A stretch of 64,000 bases of DNA from Nitrosopumilus sp. (GCA_965214775.1 OZ243974.1:2208001-2272000); one strand, 5' to 3'; positions 21,493 through 31,655 are shown, numbered from the stretch's first letter. The notes: generated by a model not told the origin, from the letters alone. Program-made: numbers and translations.

Positions 21493-21753
21493 ATGCTAGA
21501 AAAACAATTCAATCCAGACATGCTGTATAACCGAATCGTTCATTTTTATATTGACAAGAAGGGGTACCCCAAAGAAAAGGCAAACGAGATAGCCCAATCA
21601 GTCGTACAAAAAGAGGCCCGGCGAAGAATTTGCAAAAACGAGAACTGCAAGCATTTTTCCCATGATCATATAAGAAATTCAGAAACGTGTCTTGTTGAAA
21701 ACTGTGATTGCAAGGGGTTTTCAAGTAAAACCATCCAACGAACTCTCAAGTAA
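21493..21753 (+). CDS. Hypothetical Cys/His metal-binding protein
   Basis: C..C.H..H..C..C.C pattern; start uncertain. Confidence 0.6.
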   Translation: MLEKQFNPDMLYNRIVHFYIDKKGYPKEKANEIAQSVVQKEARRRICKNENCKHFSHDHIRNSETCLVENCDCKGFSSKTIQRTLK

Positions 21754-22683
21754 TGGCCTGGCAGCGATTCCCAACTTTCGCAAATGCCGGGCAAACTCGT
21801 CAACAAAACCATGAACAGTGTAAACTTGTTCTGCACCAGACTGCACAACCATGTCGACTAGTTCTCCAAAGTCGCAATGATCACTCATTGGAATTGAATA
21901 GTCTGTCCTTCTTCCAAATGAAAACTTTGATGACTGTGCCCATCCGCTAAATCCGATTGTTACTGCTCCGTGCCTTGACTTCATCTCTTGAACAAACCTG
22001 TTTTTGGGAGACAGCATAGGTGCCACCATGACCCATGGCTTTTTGTCAAGCAAACCACTTTTTTCAGCCTCAGAATGACCGATTCCGTGTCTGAGAGGCA
22101 CTTTGAACCTTTGATGCAGGTTATTCATTTCCTTGACAGAGTCATGAAGGTAGAGAGGGCCCCAGTGGCCGAACATCTGGGTAATTGTCTGAGCCTTTCC
22201 AAGCTGGTATCCCATCAAAATCACCGGGATTCCCTTGCCATAAAGCTCGGAGATCAACTCATTGGCCTGTTTTTGGACTTGCTCGGTCTTTGGAAAAACA
22301 AACTCAGGCAGTCCAAACGTGCATTCGGTGATCAGAGTCCTGCATCTTGGAATTTTTGCACCGTGCAAAAATCCCCTGTTTCGAGTGCAAATATCCCCCG
22401 TATAGAATATGTCCTCAAGAAGCAGGCCCTTGGCTCCAAGTATGTGCCCGCTATCTACCAGAGAAAAACCATCAAGCGACTCTACATGATTTTCCATCTT
22501 GAATCCGCGAAGATCTGCAATCTTGCTTGTCTCGACAGAAGACAGAATGGTCCCTCCGTTTTTTGAAGGCAGATGATCTGCATGTGCATGTGAAACGAAA
22601 TTAACGCCAGTCAGATCGGCATTTTTTGGATCCATATAGACGCGTTTGTCATTTACCTCGCACAGGATTCCGTTTTTTGTCAT
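21721..22683 (-). CDS. MBL-fold/beta-CASP nuclease
   Basis: SHAHADH, GHILG, YTGD, ECTFG, SDHCD, VHG. Confidence 0.88.
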   Translation of the reverse strand: MTKNGILCEVNDKRVYMDPKNADLTGVNFVSHAHADHLPSKNGGTILSSVETSKIADLRGFKMENHVESLDGFSLVDSGHILGAKGLLLEDIFYTGDICTRNRGFLHGAKIPRCRTLITECTFGLPEFVFPKTEQVQKQANELISELYGKGIPVILMGYQLGKAQTITQMFGHWGPLYLHDSVKEMNNLHQRFKVPLRHGIGHSEAEKSGLLDKKPWVMVAPMLSPKNRFVQEMKSRHGAVTIGFSGWAQSSKFSFGRRTDYSIPMSDHCDFGELVDMVVQSGAEQVYTVHGFVDEFARHLRKLGIAARPLLESSLDGFT

Positions 22684-22759
22684 CCTGACTTTTCTGGGCA
22701 ACATGATAACCGGCAAATAGATTTGATATAAATTGCAGGTTTGACTCATAGCTGACTAG

Positions 22760-23377
22760 TTGCTAAATCTAGGAATTCTGATATCCGGCCGCGGGAGCAA
22801 CATGGAGTCCATACTAAAGACGATTAAGAAAAAAAGGATCCCGATCAATCCGGCAATCGTAATTTCAAACAGGCCGGATGCAAAAGGCCTCCAAGTTGCT
22901 GAAAAACTCGGCGTAAACACACTGGTTGTCAAAAGCAAGGGATTCAAGGGCAGCAGATGGCAGTATGACAAGAAAATTGTTGCGGCGCTCTCAGAAAACG
23001 GGGTAACCCCGAGAAACGGACTGGTCTGTCTTGCAGGATTTATGAGAATTGTCAGTCCGGAATTTGTAAAAAAATACAAGAACAGGATTCTCAACATACA
23101 TCCTGCATTGCTGCCTGCATTTCCTGGGCTGGGCTCCCAAAGACAGGCCCTGGATTACGGTTCAAAGTATTCCGGATGCACCGTTCATTTTGTCGACGCT
23201 GGAACAGACACGGGGCCAATCATAATCCAATCAGTCGTAAAAATCAAGCAGGACGATACCGAAGAGACGCTCTCAAAGCGAATTCTTACAGAGGAACACA
23301 AAATATACCCTAAAGCCGTAAACCTGTTTGCAAGAAAAAAGATCAGAGTCTCTGGAAGAAGGGTGCTGATTTCCTAG
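22760..23377 (+). CDS. purN: Phosphoribosylglycinamide formyltransferase
   Basis: ISGRGSNM, LAGFMRI, NIHPALLP, GCTVHFV. Confidence 0.96.
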   Translation: MLNLGILISGRGSNMESILKTIKKKRIPINPAIVISNRPDAKGLQVAEKLGVNTLVVKSKGFKGSRWQYDKKIVAALSENGVTPRNGLVCLAGFMRIVSPEFVKKYKNRILNIHPALLPAFPGLGSQRQALDYGSKYSGCTVHFVDAGTDTGPIIIQSVVKIKQDDTEETLSKRILTEEHKIYPKAVNLFARKKIRVSGRRVLIS

Positions 23378-23706
23378 GAGTCAGGCCCGCCAAAAAAATA
23401 CAATACTTTTAGTTCCTTTGTATTTCCGTGAAAATGATGCCTGAGATCCTTTGCAACAAAAAACAGCTTGTCTTTTGAGAGTTTGTAGTCTTTGTTGCTG
23501 ATTTTCAAAAAACCATCGCCGGACAGAATCAAATAAACCTCGTCATTGTCATGTGGCTCCTGCGTGTCTTTCTCTCCGGGCTGCAAGACTAGGACGCCTG
23601 CTGCCAAGCTTTGTTTGTTGATAAAGGTGTGAAAATAAGACTGGCTGTTTCTTACTTTTCCAACATATGCGTCTATGTTATATTCGAGTTTCAATTTATT
23701 TAACAA
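23374..23706 (-). CDS. Cupin domain protein
   Basis: PH..DEVY....G.G and H.F motifs; start uncertain. Confidence 0.8.
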   Translation of the reverse strand: MLNKLKLEYNIDAYVGKVRNSQSYFHTFINKQSLAAGVLVLQPGEKDTQEPHDNDEVYLILSGDGFLKISNKDYKLSKDKLFFVAKDLRHHFHGNTKELKVLYFFGGPDS

Positions 23707-23986
23707 CTGCCAAGAAGGTTTTTCGTACCGGGTCTGCGCTCATAAAGGAGTGACCTACCGGATGTATCTTTTCGTGTTCTGGACTGTTGTGCATTTTGAT
23801 AAAACTCTCCTTGCTTTCATGCTCTACAATGATTCTATAACTGCTGCTGCCATCGTGGGCCCTTAGAAGTCTTCTGGAGACAAATCCTGGAAAACTAGAC
23901 AAAACCCTGTTTGATTCAGAAAACCATCTTTCAAAGTCTTTTTCTGTGCCGTCTTTTAGCTGAATATCGGCCATCATTACAAACAT
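23696..23986 (-). CDS. Antibiotic biosynthesis monooxygenase family protein
   Basis: FE.WF...PGFVSRRLL...ES.E.F...SPEH. Confidence 0.8.
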   Translation of the reverse strand: MFVMMADIQLKDGTEKDFERWFSESNRVLSSFPGFVSRRLLRAHDGSSSYRIIVEHESKESFIKMHNSPEHEKIHPVGHSFMSADPVRKTFLAVVK

Positions 23987-24085
23987 GAAAAAAGTAAGGC
24001 ATGGCCATTTAATTTCCTTTCCCAAACCCCAAAGCCGGATTCCAAGAATTAAATACCGACATGGCAGTAGCACATCATCATCATC

Positions 24086-25003
24086 ATGACAGGAGGAAAG
24101 GCAGCCGCAGAAGAACGTGGATCAAAAGGAGTAGCAGTATCAACAACAGGCGTCAAAATTGACGGCAAGATCATTGCTCAGTCAGTCAAGGACAGGGTAA
24201 GACAGGCAGCAGACGAACTCAAAAAACAGAACATCAACCCGTGCTTGGCAACTGTTCTTGTAGGTGATAATGCGGCTTCGGCCACATATGTTAGAAACAA
24301 GCACAAGGCATGTGAGGAGGCAGGCATTGCCACCAAAGACTGCAAACTAGACGCAAACATCACCCAGCCAGAACTAGGCAAAATTATCGACGAGTTGAAT
24401 TCAGACAAATCAGTTCATGGAATTTTGGTTCAGCTGCCGTTGCCAGATCAGCTGGATGAATTTGCAACCATCTCAAGAATATCTCCTCTCAAGGATGTAG
24501 ACGGATTGACGCCACACAATGCAGGCTTGCTTGCAATGAACAAGGCGGTACTTGTTGCATGTACGCCATCAGGAGTAATGGAGATGTTTGATTATCACAA
24601 CATAGATCTGAAAGGAAAAAACGTCGTCTTGATTAACAGAAGCAACCTGGTTGGAAAGCCGCTGTGTCATTTGCTGCTGGAAAAAAATGCGACGGTTTTG
24701 ATATGCCATTCTGGAACAAGGAATTTGACAGAACAATGCAAGAATGCAGATGTCGTAATTACTGCAGTCGGCAACAGGGACAAGTTTACACTAACACAAG
24801 ACATGATCAAAGAGGGGGCAATAGTGATTGACGTTGCAATTTCCCGCCACAATGGAAAGCTTGCAGGCGATGCAGACTATGAAGACATAATACAAAAGGC
24901 ATCCTTTGCAACCCCTGTTCCGGGAGGAGTGGGACCTATGACTGTCGCAATGCTGCTAAAAAACACGATTACTGCAGCATCACTGAGTAGCCAAATTGGA
25001 TGA
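24086..25003 (+). CDS. folD: Methylene-THF dehydrogenase/cyclohydrolase
   Basis: YVRNK, GILVQLPLP, KDVDG, TPVPGGVGPMT. Confidence 0.96.
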   Translation: MTGGKAAAEERGSKGVAVSTTGVKIDGKIIAQSVKDRVRQAADELKKQNINPCLATVLVGDNAASATYVRNKHKACEEAGIATKDCKLDANITQPELGKIIDELNSDKSVHGILVQLPLPDQLDEFATISRISPLKDVDGLTPHNAGLLAMNKAVLVACTPSGVMEMFDYHNIDLKGKNVVLINRSNLVGKPLCHLLLEKNATVLICHSGTRNLTEQCKNADVVITAVGNRDKFTLTQDMIKEGAIVIDVAISRHNGKLAGDADYEDIIQKASFATPVPGGVGPMTVAMLLKNTITAASLSSQIG

Positions 25004-25601
25004 CAGTTCGGCAAAAAAATCACTCCGAGAACTTTTGCTAGAAAAAAGGGACAATACGTCATTTGACTATCTGAAAATCGCAAGTGAGAAGATTCATCAA
25101 AAAGTCAAAGGAATGAAAAACTTTAGGGATGCAGAAAAAATCGGTGCATACTATCCGATTGGAAGCGAGATTCTAACTCAGGACATCATCCAAGAGCTGC
25201 TATACGTTAGAAAAGAGGTGTTTATGCCCAAGGTGGCAGGCAAGGCCACCGCCTCTGCCACCGCCACTGTTACTGCGACTACCAACACGATGGAATTTAG
25301 AAGGATTGAGGATTTTTCGAGCCTAGAGAAGGGAAATTTCGGCATTATGGAGCCAAAAGAGGGATGTCCCAAAGACAACGACTTGGATTTGATTTTGGTT
25401 CCGACTGTGGGAATTTCTCCTGCAGGAGTCAGACTGGGATACGGCCATGGGTTTTATGACCGGTTTCTGGCAGAAAACAAGACAACCACAATCTCGTTGG
25501 TTTTGGAAAAACAAGTAATCAAAAACATACCCAAATCGGAGAATGACATTCTGATTGATTGGATAGTTACCGAGGACAAAATTCTTGAAACACAAGGGTG
25601 A
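24996..25601 (+). CDS. 5-formyltetrahydrofolate cyclo-ligase
   Basis: K..LR, FGIMEP, RLGYGHGFYDRFL, IVTE. Confidence 0.93.
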   Translation: MDDSSAKKSLRELLLEKRDNTSFDYLKIASEKIHQKVKGMKNFRDAEKIGAYYPIGSEILTQDIIQELLYVRKEVFMPKVAGKATASATATVTATTNTMEFRRIEDFSSLEKGNFGIMEPKEGCPKDNDLDLILVPTVGISPAGVRLGYGHGFYDRFLAENKTTTISLVLEKQVIKNIPKSENDILIDWIVTEDKILETQG

Positions 25602-25619
25602 TGCCCCCTTTCTGCCAGT

Positions 25620-25699
25620 AGACCTTATGCGTAATCGGTTCAGATCTGGGATTATTACGAACAAATTTGCCTCATTCAGGTCGATTACGCATAAAGTCT
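25620..25699 (+). mobile_element. MITE family 5 copy (80 bp)
   Basis: TIRs agaccttatgcgtaatcg / cgattacgcataaagtct. Confidence 0.8.
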
Positions 25700-26044
25700 A
25701 GTGTCCTTTCTGCAGAATTTGTGACTTGAGAGATTTTTTTAGCAGATGCAATGCACTGCATTTGAAACTGCCAAATGCAAGGCATCGCCCAACCAGGAGA
25801 TCTAGTTTGAAATTGGCAATCTGATCGTCGTGTATAGACGAATCTGGCATCAAACAGGCCAAAATACCTGCAAACTGCTCGGTGATGATGAAAAAGATGA
25901 AGATGAAGATGAAGATACTGACGGCAAACTGCCTTCCCGAGGAACAGCTTTTGACTCAAAACGACATCTTGCTGCCGTCAATTGATTTTGCATTTGTGGC
26001 AGTCTTTTAGAAGTTTAAATTTGCCACTAAAATACCAAGATCCA

Positions 26045-29000
26045 ATGGAACTGTACCCGAAATTCGACGCAAAGAAGATAGAACACGCTGCCAGAGAATA
26101 CATCAAGTCAATTGACTTGGAAAAGCAAATTTTTGAATCAGACAAGCCTGAAAAGATCCGGTTCATCGAGGGCCCGCCTACAATGAACGGCACTCCTCAC
26201 GCAGGGCACCTGAGGGGCAGAGTCATCAAGGATCTGTGGTACAGATTCAACACGCTACAAGGCAAAAAAATCGAGTTTAACGGCGGATGGGATGCCCAGG
26301 GGCTTCCGGTGGAACTGCAGGCCGAAAAAGAGCTGGGGGTAACCGGCGGCAAAACCGAGGCAGTCAGGCAATTTGGAATCAAGAGAATAGTCTCTGAATG
26401 CAGAAAGGTAGTTGAGAAATACAACAAGGACTGGGTCGATGTCGATGAAAAACTAGGAATGTCGTTTAATCACGACAAGGCATACTGGACATTGAGAGAC
26501 GGGTTTATCGAACGGGAATGGCAGGTCCTCAAAAAAGCACACGAGAATAAAATCCTGGAGGAGGACTTTACAGTTGTCGCGTACTGTCCCAGCTGCCAAA
26601 CCTCGCTCAGCCATGCCGAGGTCAACCAGGGGTACGAGGAAGTCAAGGATCCGTCATTATTTTACAAGGCAAAGCTAGTCGATGAGGATGCATACCTGAT
26701 TGTATGGACTACGATGCCATTTACGCTGGTGACTGATGCAATGGTGGGATTGCAGCCTGAAGAGGATTATGTGTACGTCAAAGTGGAAGCAGAGACGTGG
26801 GTTGTCGGCAAAACCAGACTGGAAGATTTCATGGCAGAAGTAAAGATCGAGAAGTGGGAAGTTGTCAAGACTGTCAAGGGACACGAGTTTGAAGGAAAAA
26901 AATACATACACCCGCTACTTGACGAGATTCCTGCTCTGGCCGAGTGTGCAAAGGCAGGCAATTTCCATGTTGCAGTCTCCGAACCGTTTGTTGATGCAAG
27001 CACGGGCAGTGGACTGGTCCACCTGTCGCCTGCAAACGGCGAGGAAGACATCAAAATTGCAAACAAGAGAAACGTCAAAATTTTCAACCCGATCGATGAT
27101 CAGGTGAAATTCACACCGCAGGCAGGAAGAAGATACCAGGGCATGTTTGTAAGGGACGCAGACAGGACAATTGTCGAGGATCTAAAGGAAAAAAATGCCC
27201 TGGTCCGGATTGGCAAAATCAGACACAAGTATCCGCTGTGCTGGAGGTCTGGCCATCCGATCGTATGGCTTGCAAGAAAAGGCTGGTTTTACAAGCTGGA
27301 TAGGCTGGATGACAAGGCAATTGATGCGGCCAAAAGCGTGGAATACTTTTTTGAGCAGCCAAAAAACAGGTTCCTTGGAATAATCAAGGAGAGACATCCG
27401 TGGTGCATATCAAGGGAAAGAATTTGGGGATGCCCGCTTCCCGTATGGACATGCCAGGAATGCGGAGAGAGAAACTGGATGTTCTCAAGGCAGGAGATCA
27501 TTGATGCGGCTGAGAATCTGCCTGACGGCCCTGAGTTTGAGCTGCACAGGCCGTGGATTGACAACATCACAATAAGATGCAAAAAATGCAACGGCACGAA
27601 AACAAAAAGAGAAGAGTATGTTTTGGATACCTGGCACAACAGCGGTTCGGCGCCGTTTTCATCACTAAGTGACAAAGAATACCGTGACGAGATTCCTGTG
27701 CCGTTTCTGACTGAGGGAATTGATCAAACCAGAGGATGGGCCTATACATTGCTTGTTGAAAACGTGATTCTAAACAACGGACCGATTCCACCATACAGGT
27801 CGTTTCTGTTCCAGGGACACGTCCTGGACGAAGGGGGCAGAAAGATGAGCAAGAGCAAGGGAAACGTGCTGCAAGGGGCAGATCTGCTGGAAAAGTATCC
27901 TGCAGACCTGGTCAGATTCTACTTTATGTGGAAGGCAAATCCTATTGAGCCGCTCAGTTTCAGCACGGACGAGATGATGTCAAGACCGTACCAGGTAATC
28001 AGCACGCTGTTTAACCTGCATCTTTACTTTAGGCAAAACAGCCAGTATGACGGTTTTGATGCATCAAAAAAGACAGTCATATGGGCAAAGAAGAACAACC
28101 TGCTTGCACCGCCTGATGTATGGCTGCTATCAAAGATTCAAAAGCTGATACACAGGGTTACAGACAGAAACCAGTCCTGCAAATTCCACGAAAGTGCAAA
28201 GGCAATTGAGGACTATATCATAAACAGCCTGAGCCAGGTTTACATTCCTATTACCAGGGGTGAGCTTTGGGACGACGAAGACGATGAAAAGAAAGACAGA
28301 AGACTTGCAATTTATGCTGTTTTGAGCAAGGTTCTCAGGACGCTGGACATCTTGATTCATCCGTTCTGTCCGTTTACAAGCGAGTATCTCTGCCAGGCAG
28401 TCTTTGAGGAACGGCAGAGCAGCATACTGCTTGAGAACTGGCCTGCCTATGACCGGGAACTGGTCGACGAAGAGATTGAGGAATCATTTGACGTTATGAA
28501 GGATGTGATATCCGTTTCTTCGGCTGCCAGAATGAAAGGAAAGCTAAAGCGGAGATGGCCGTTAAACGAGGCCCTGATTTGCGTAAAGAAAGGACAAAAG
28601 CAGATACTCGAACCGCTCTCAGAACTGTTGCAATCCCAGCTCAACGTTGAGAATCTATGCGTCTTTGAGACAACACAAAAAGAGTCGGGCCTGGCACGGA
28701 TTTCAGAATTCAAAAGATTGGGACTTCCAGTAAGGGCCGTAGTGGAGCTGGACAGGAAAAAAATCGGGCCAAAGGCAAAACAGCACATGGGGCAGCTCGT
28801 CGCAAAGTTCGGAGAAACCGATCATGAAGAGATTGTGGCCTCTTTGCTGCAAGGCAGTTCAAAGTATGATTTTTATGTTGATGGCAAAAAGATTTCGCTT
28901 GATTCAGAAGACTTTGTAGTCGGTTTTGATGCCCAAGAAGACTATGCGGTCTCAACCCGGGACAATTACACCGTCTTTATCTCGACTGCAAGAAACAAGG

Positions 29001-29260
29001 AGATGATGGCAAAGGGATTGGTCAAAGATGTTGCAAGAAGGCTGCAGACATTAAGAAAAGAAAGAGGACACAATCCAACTGACGTCTTGAATGTCGCGTC
29101 AATCTTGGGCCTGGATGAGGAGTCCCTTGGGATGATTCGAGAAAAATCCGGGGACCTGGCATTTCTGGTCAGAGTCAAAAAAGTAAACTTTGAGCCTACT
29201 TGCAAGGAATACCAGGACGGCGACATTGACGGACAGAAGATCAGAATCTCTGTGGAGTAG
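26045..29260 (+). CDS. ileS: Isoleucyl-tRNA synthetase
   Basis: GPP...HAGH, GWD..GLPVE, WTTMP, WCISR, EGIDQTRGW, KMSKS. Confidence 0.97.
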   Translation: MELYPKFDAKKIEHAAREYIKSIDLEKQIFESDKPEKIRFIEGPPTMNGTPHAGHLRGRVIKDLWYRFNTLQGKKIEFNGGWDAQGLPVELQAEKELGVTGGKTEAVRQFGIKRIVSECRKVVEKYNKDWVDVDEKLGMSFNHDKAYWTLRDGFIEREWQVLKKAHENKILEEDFTVVAYCPSCQTSLSHAEVNQGYEEVKDPSLFYKAKLVDEDAYLIVWTTMPFTLVTDAMVGLQPEEDYVYVKVEAETWVVGKTRLEDFMAEVKIEKWEVVKTVKGHEFEGKKYIHPLLDEIPALAECAKAGNFHVAVSEPFVDASTGSGLVHLSPANGEEDIKIANKRNVKIFNPIDDQVKFTPQAGRRYQGMFVRDADRTIVEDLKEKNALVRIGKIRHKYPLCWRSGHPIVWLARKGWFYKLDRLDDKAIDAAKSVEYFFEQPKNRFLGIIKERHPWCISRERIWGCPLPVWTCQECGERNWMFSRQEIIDAAENLPDGPEFELHRPWIDNITIRCKKCNGTKTKREEYVLDTWHNSGSAPFSSLSDKEYRDEIPVPFLTEGIDQTRGWAYTLLVENVILNNGPIPPYRSFLFQGHVLDEGGRKMSKSKGNVLQGADLLEKYPADLVRFYFMWKANPIEPLSFSTDEMMSRPYQVISTLFNLHLYFRQNSQYDGFDASKKTVIWAKKNNLLAPPDVWLLSKIQKLIHRVTDRNQSCKFHESAKAIEDYIINSLSQVYIPITRGELWDDEDDEKKDRRLAIYAVLSKVLRTLDILIHPFCPFTSEYLCQAVFEERQSSILLENWPAYDRELVDEEIEESFDVMKDVISVSSAARMKGKLKRRWPLNEALICVKKGQKQILEPLSELLQSQLNVENLCVFETTQKESGLARISEFKRLGLPVRAVVELDRKKIGPKAKQHMGQLVAKFGETDHEEIVASLLQGSSKYDFYVDGKKISLDSEDFVVGFDAQEDYAVSTRDNYTVFISTARNKEMMAKGLVKDVARRLQTLRKERGHNPTDVLNVASILGLDEESLGMIREKSGDLAFLVRVKKVNFEPTCKEYQDGDIDGQKIRISVE

Positions 29261-29314
29261 TCTGGGATTGCTTATTGTAAATATTTTTATTGGAATCAAG
29301 GATTGAAAAAGGAA

Positions 29315-29902
29315 ATGTCCGAATCAAAGGAACCCAACGTAGTCGGGATTAACATCCTAAGACAGAATGGCGTGGATGTCGACGAATTGGTAAACGAGCT
29401 AGTCAAAAACGCAGCCGTGGAATTTACTGCATACTATTACTTTACCAACCTTAGAGCACACTGCACAGGCATGCAAGGCGAAGGACTCAAGGGAATCATC
29501 GAGGATGCAAGGCTGGAGGACCTCAGCCATTTTGAATCGTGCGTTGAGAGAATCTATCAGTTAGGCGGTTCGCTTCCAGACGATGCAACCGAATTTGTCA
29601 AAATTTCAGGATGTGAGTTTTTGCAGCTTCCGCCAAATCCGACTGATCACATGGCGATTCTGGAGAAATGTCTCAAGGCAGAACAGGGCGCAATTGTCAA
29701 CTGGAATAAAATTTGCAAGATGACACATGGAAAGGATCCGACAACATATGATATTGCAAAAGACATTCTGGCCGAAGAGATTGAACACGAGTCGTGGTTC
29801 CTGGAGTTGATCTATGGAAGACCGTCAGGACACATGAGAAGAAAGCATGCCGGTGAGAGGCCGCATACTAGAAAACACTCTAGGGCACTTGACATGGGTT
29901 AG
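29315..29902 (+). CDS. DPS-like (DPSL) ferritin-family protein
   Basis: EFTAYYY, EDARLED..HFE, EEIEHE.WF, PSGH. Confidence 0.9.
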   Translation: MSESKEPNVVGINILRQNGVDVDELVNELVKNAAVEFTAYYYFTNLRAHCTGMQGEGLKGIIEDARLEDLSHFESCVERIYQLGGSLPDDATEFVKISGCEFLQLPPNPTDHMAILEKCLKAEQGAIVNWNKICKMTHGKDPTTYDIAKDILAEEIEHESWFLELIYGRPSGHMRRKHAGERPHTRKHSRALDMG

Positions 29903-29944
29903 GCCAGATCACCACCATCATACGCCTTATTTGTAGATAATAGG

Positions 29945-30039
29945 TCGGGCTCTGGAAGTTCAGGCATGAATTTTGTCATCAATGAATGCTGATCAAATAG
30001 GATTTGTACCTAAAACAAGAAACAGCTTCCAGAACCCGC
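29945..30039 (+). mobile_element. MITE family 2 copy
   Basis: TIRs tcgggctctggaag / cttccagaacccg. Confidence 0.85.
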
Positions 30040-30498
30040 TCAGCTACCATGTCTCTTGGTAAATTCAAAGCCACTCAATCCGTTAGTCGCATATGCAGAT
30101 GGCAGCCAAAATGACTGAGTTGATACTTCTTCATCCGAGCCGTCATCTGTTGGCGTGATTACGACATTTACGTATCTGTCGCCTGCGTGTTCTTTTAACT
30201 CTTCTAGTTTTTCTTCTAGCTGCCTTTCTAATTCCGGCTTGTCATCAGTTGCTTGCTGAAGCTGCTCACTTAGAACAATAACGTCCTTAAAGTCTTCCAA
30301 TCCTGCAATCTTTTTTGTTATCTCAGAGTCAGCAGCCATGCCTGGTTTGTCTAGTTTTTCTTGTAATGTCTTTATCATCTCGTCTATCTTTTCTTTTACT
30401 TGGATTTCTATGTCTACCTCATTTATTGCATTAGCAGTTAATATCGGAATCATCACTGCCACTGCCAAAACAGATATCAAGAAAATGATTTTCCGCAT
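30040..30498 (-). pseudogene. Secreted protein N-terminal fragment ending at the MITE boundary
   Basis: Signal peptide and coiled coil; stop codon lies at the MITE junction. Confidence 0.6.
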
Positions 30499-30591
30499 TG
30501 TTTAGACATGTGTTAACCCGTATAAAAAACCAGAAATCGTTGCAGTCTGCTGCATAACCCTGCTTAAAATCCGAAACTGGCCCGTAAAAGA

Positions 30592-30685
30592 TCGGGCTCT
30601 AGAAGCCGTTCCTGATTTCAGGCACGAATATGTCCGGGAAACCCTCTGGGGTGGCAAAACTCACATCTGAACTTCCAGATCCCGA
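30592..30685 (-). mobile_element. MITE family 2 copy, inverted relative to 29945
   Basis: TIRs tcgggctctagaag / cttccagatcccga; interior matches the reverse complement of 29945-30039. Confidence 0.85.
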
Positions 30686-30689
30686 ACTG

Positions 30690-30788
30690 TTACATCGATT
30701 TTGAATTGTTTCTTTTCAGGAATTTGAACGGAACATCTTTGCGGTGATTAATCACATGTTTTTTCCCAATCCAGTTTAAAATGGGCAT
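30690..30788 (-). pseudogene. N-terminal fragment of a type III R-M Mod-like methyltransferase
   Basis: MPILNWIGKKHVINHRKDVPF resembles Mod N-termini; GGAGG upstream; cut at the MITE. Confidence 0.65.
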
Positions 30789-30812
30789 GTCATCTTCCTC
30801 CGAATATGATGT

Positions 30813-30965
30813 TTTACCTTGTATTTGGAATGTCTGTTCGGGGGCATGCCATCCCAGAAATCCGTCAGGTTGAGGCCAGACGAGTTGATCTTTTTTCTGT
30901 GCCCTCCACAGTCCTTTAGTTCGCCGCCACAATGCCTGCAAACCTGTATCGGTGTGCGTAGGCGA
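30813..30965 (-). pseudogene. Internal fragment of an N4/N6 DNA methyltransferase
   Basis: Manual translation RLRTPIQVCRHCGGELKDCGGHRKKINSSGLNLTDFWDGMPPNRHSKYK. Confidence 0.6.
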
Positions 30966-31026
30966 TTGCCTCAGAAAGGCGATTGTTCTACCAGGAACAT
31001 CGTGGGTTCGAATTCCACACCCACCG
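30964..31026 (+). pseudogene. tRNA-Ser-like 3' fragment (possible att-site remnant)
   Basis: Long variable arm TGTTCT-ACCA-GGAACA, T arm GTGGG-TTCGAAT-TCCAC, ACCCACC-G end; no D arm; distorted anticodon loop. Confidence 0.7.
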
Positions 31027-31061
31027 TCTCCCTTTGTCGTATATTGAGTTTCGATGATGGC

Positions 31062-31182
31062 CAGTCTTCCCAGAAGTACCGCATCAAATCATCCCAGGCT
31101 CGAAACAATTCAGATGAGGATGCCTGCAGATCCGCATGTCACCTACTGCACCGCCGTGAGTCGGTTACTTCTGGGAAGACTG
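31062..31182. mobile_element. MITE family 3 (ISH3-like ends), 121 bp
   Basis: Perfect 17-bp TIR cagtcttcccagaagta; 5-bp TSD atggc. Confidence 0.85.
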
Positions 31183-31189
31183 ATGGCCG

Positions 31190-31288
31190 GGGTTGTCCAA
31201 AAAACTTTCCATGGACTGCCACAAACTGCCAGTCTGCCCCCATATGCGGGCAGATTCAGACGGAGAGCGGGACATTTTCGGCCAACCA
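31190..31288. mobile_element. MITE family 4 (IS5-like ends)
   Basis: Imperfect TIR ggttgtccaaaaa / ttttcggccaacc. Confidence 0.5.
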
Positions 31289-31330
31289 TGCGCAAAAGAC
31301 AACGCAAATATCCGTGCGGGCCATACCTTA

Positions 31331-31422
31331 CGTAGTGCGCACATCAAAAAAACGGACCGTAATTTTGACACATCGTGCCTACTTTGATAAAAAATGTTCG
31401 ATTTTCAACTATGCGCACTATG
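31331..31422 (+). mobile_element. MITE family 7
   Basis: TIR tagtgcgca / tgcgcacta; second degenerate copy near 53445-53535. Confidence 0.7.
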
Positions 31423-31655
31423 AACTTTGATGATGATACTGATTACGGCATTACGACATTTTCCAACCTTTCCGTTTTTGGGATTTTACTCTTCAAACAC
31501 AGCGTCTGCTTGAAATTCTTCAGGCAATATGAGCCGCTATGTTTGGAATAACTTTATGACATCTTCTTGAGAAGATCCAATCTTGCTGGCAGATCTGATG
31601 CTGATGTTTCTAAAATCTTCAAAGTAACCATCTGACAAAACATGAAGGCAAAATT

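Noticed and set aside
30951-31026. Functional tRNA-Sec, suppressor or D-armless tRNA
   Set aside because: Acceptor stem pairs poorly, no D arm, abnormal anticodon loop; the 5' side reads as a methyltransferase fragment
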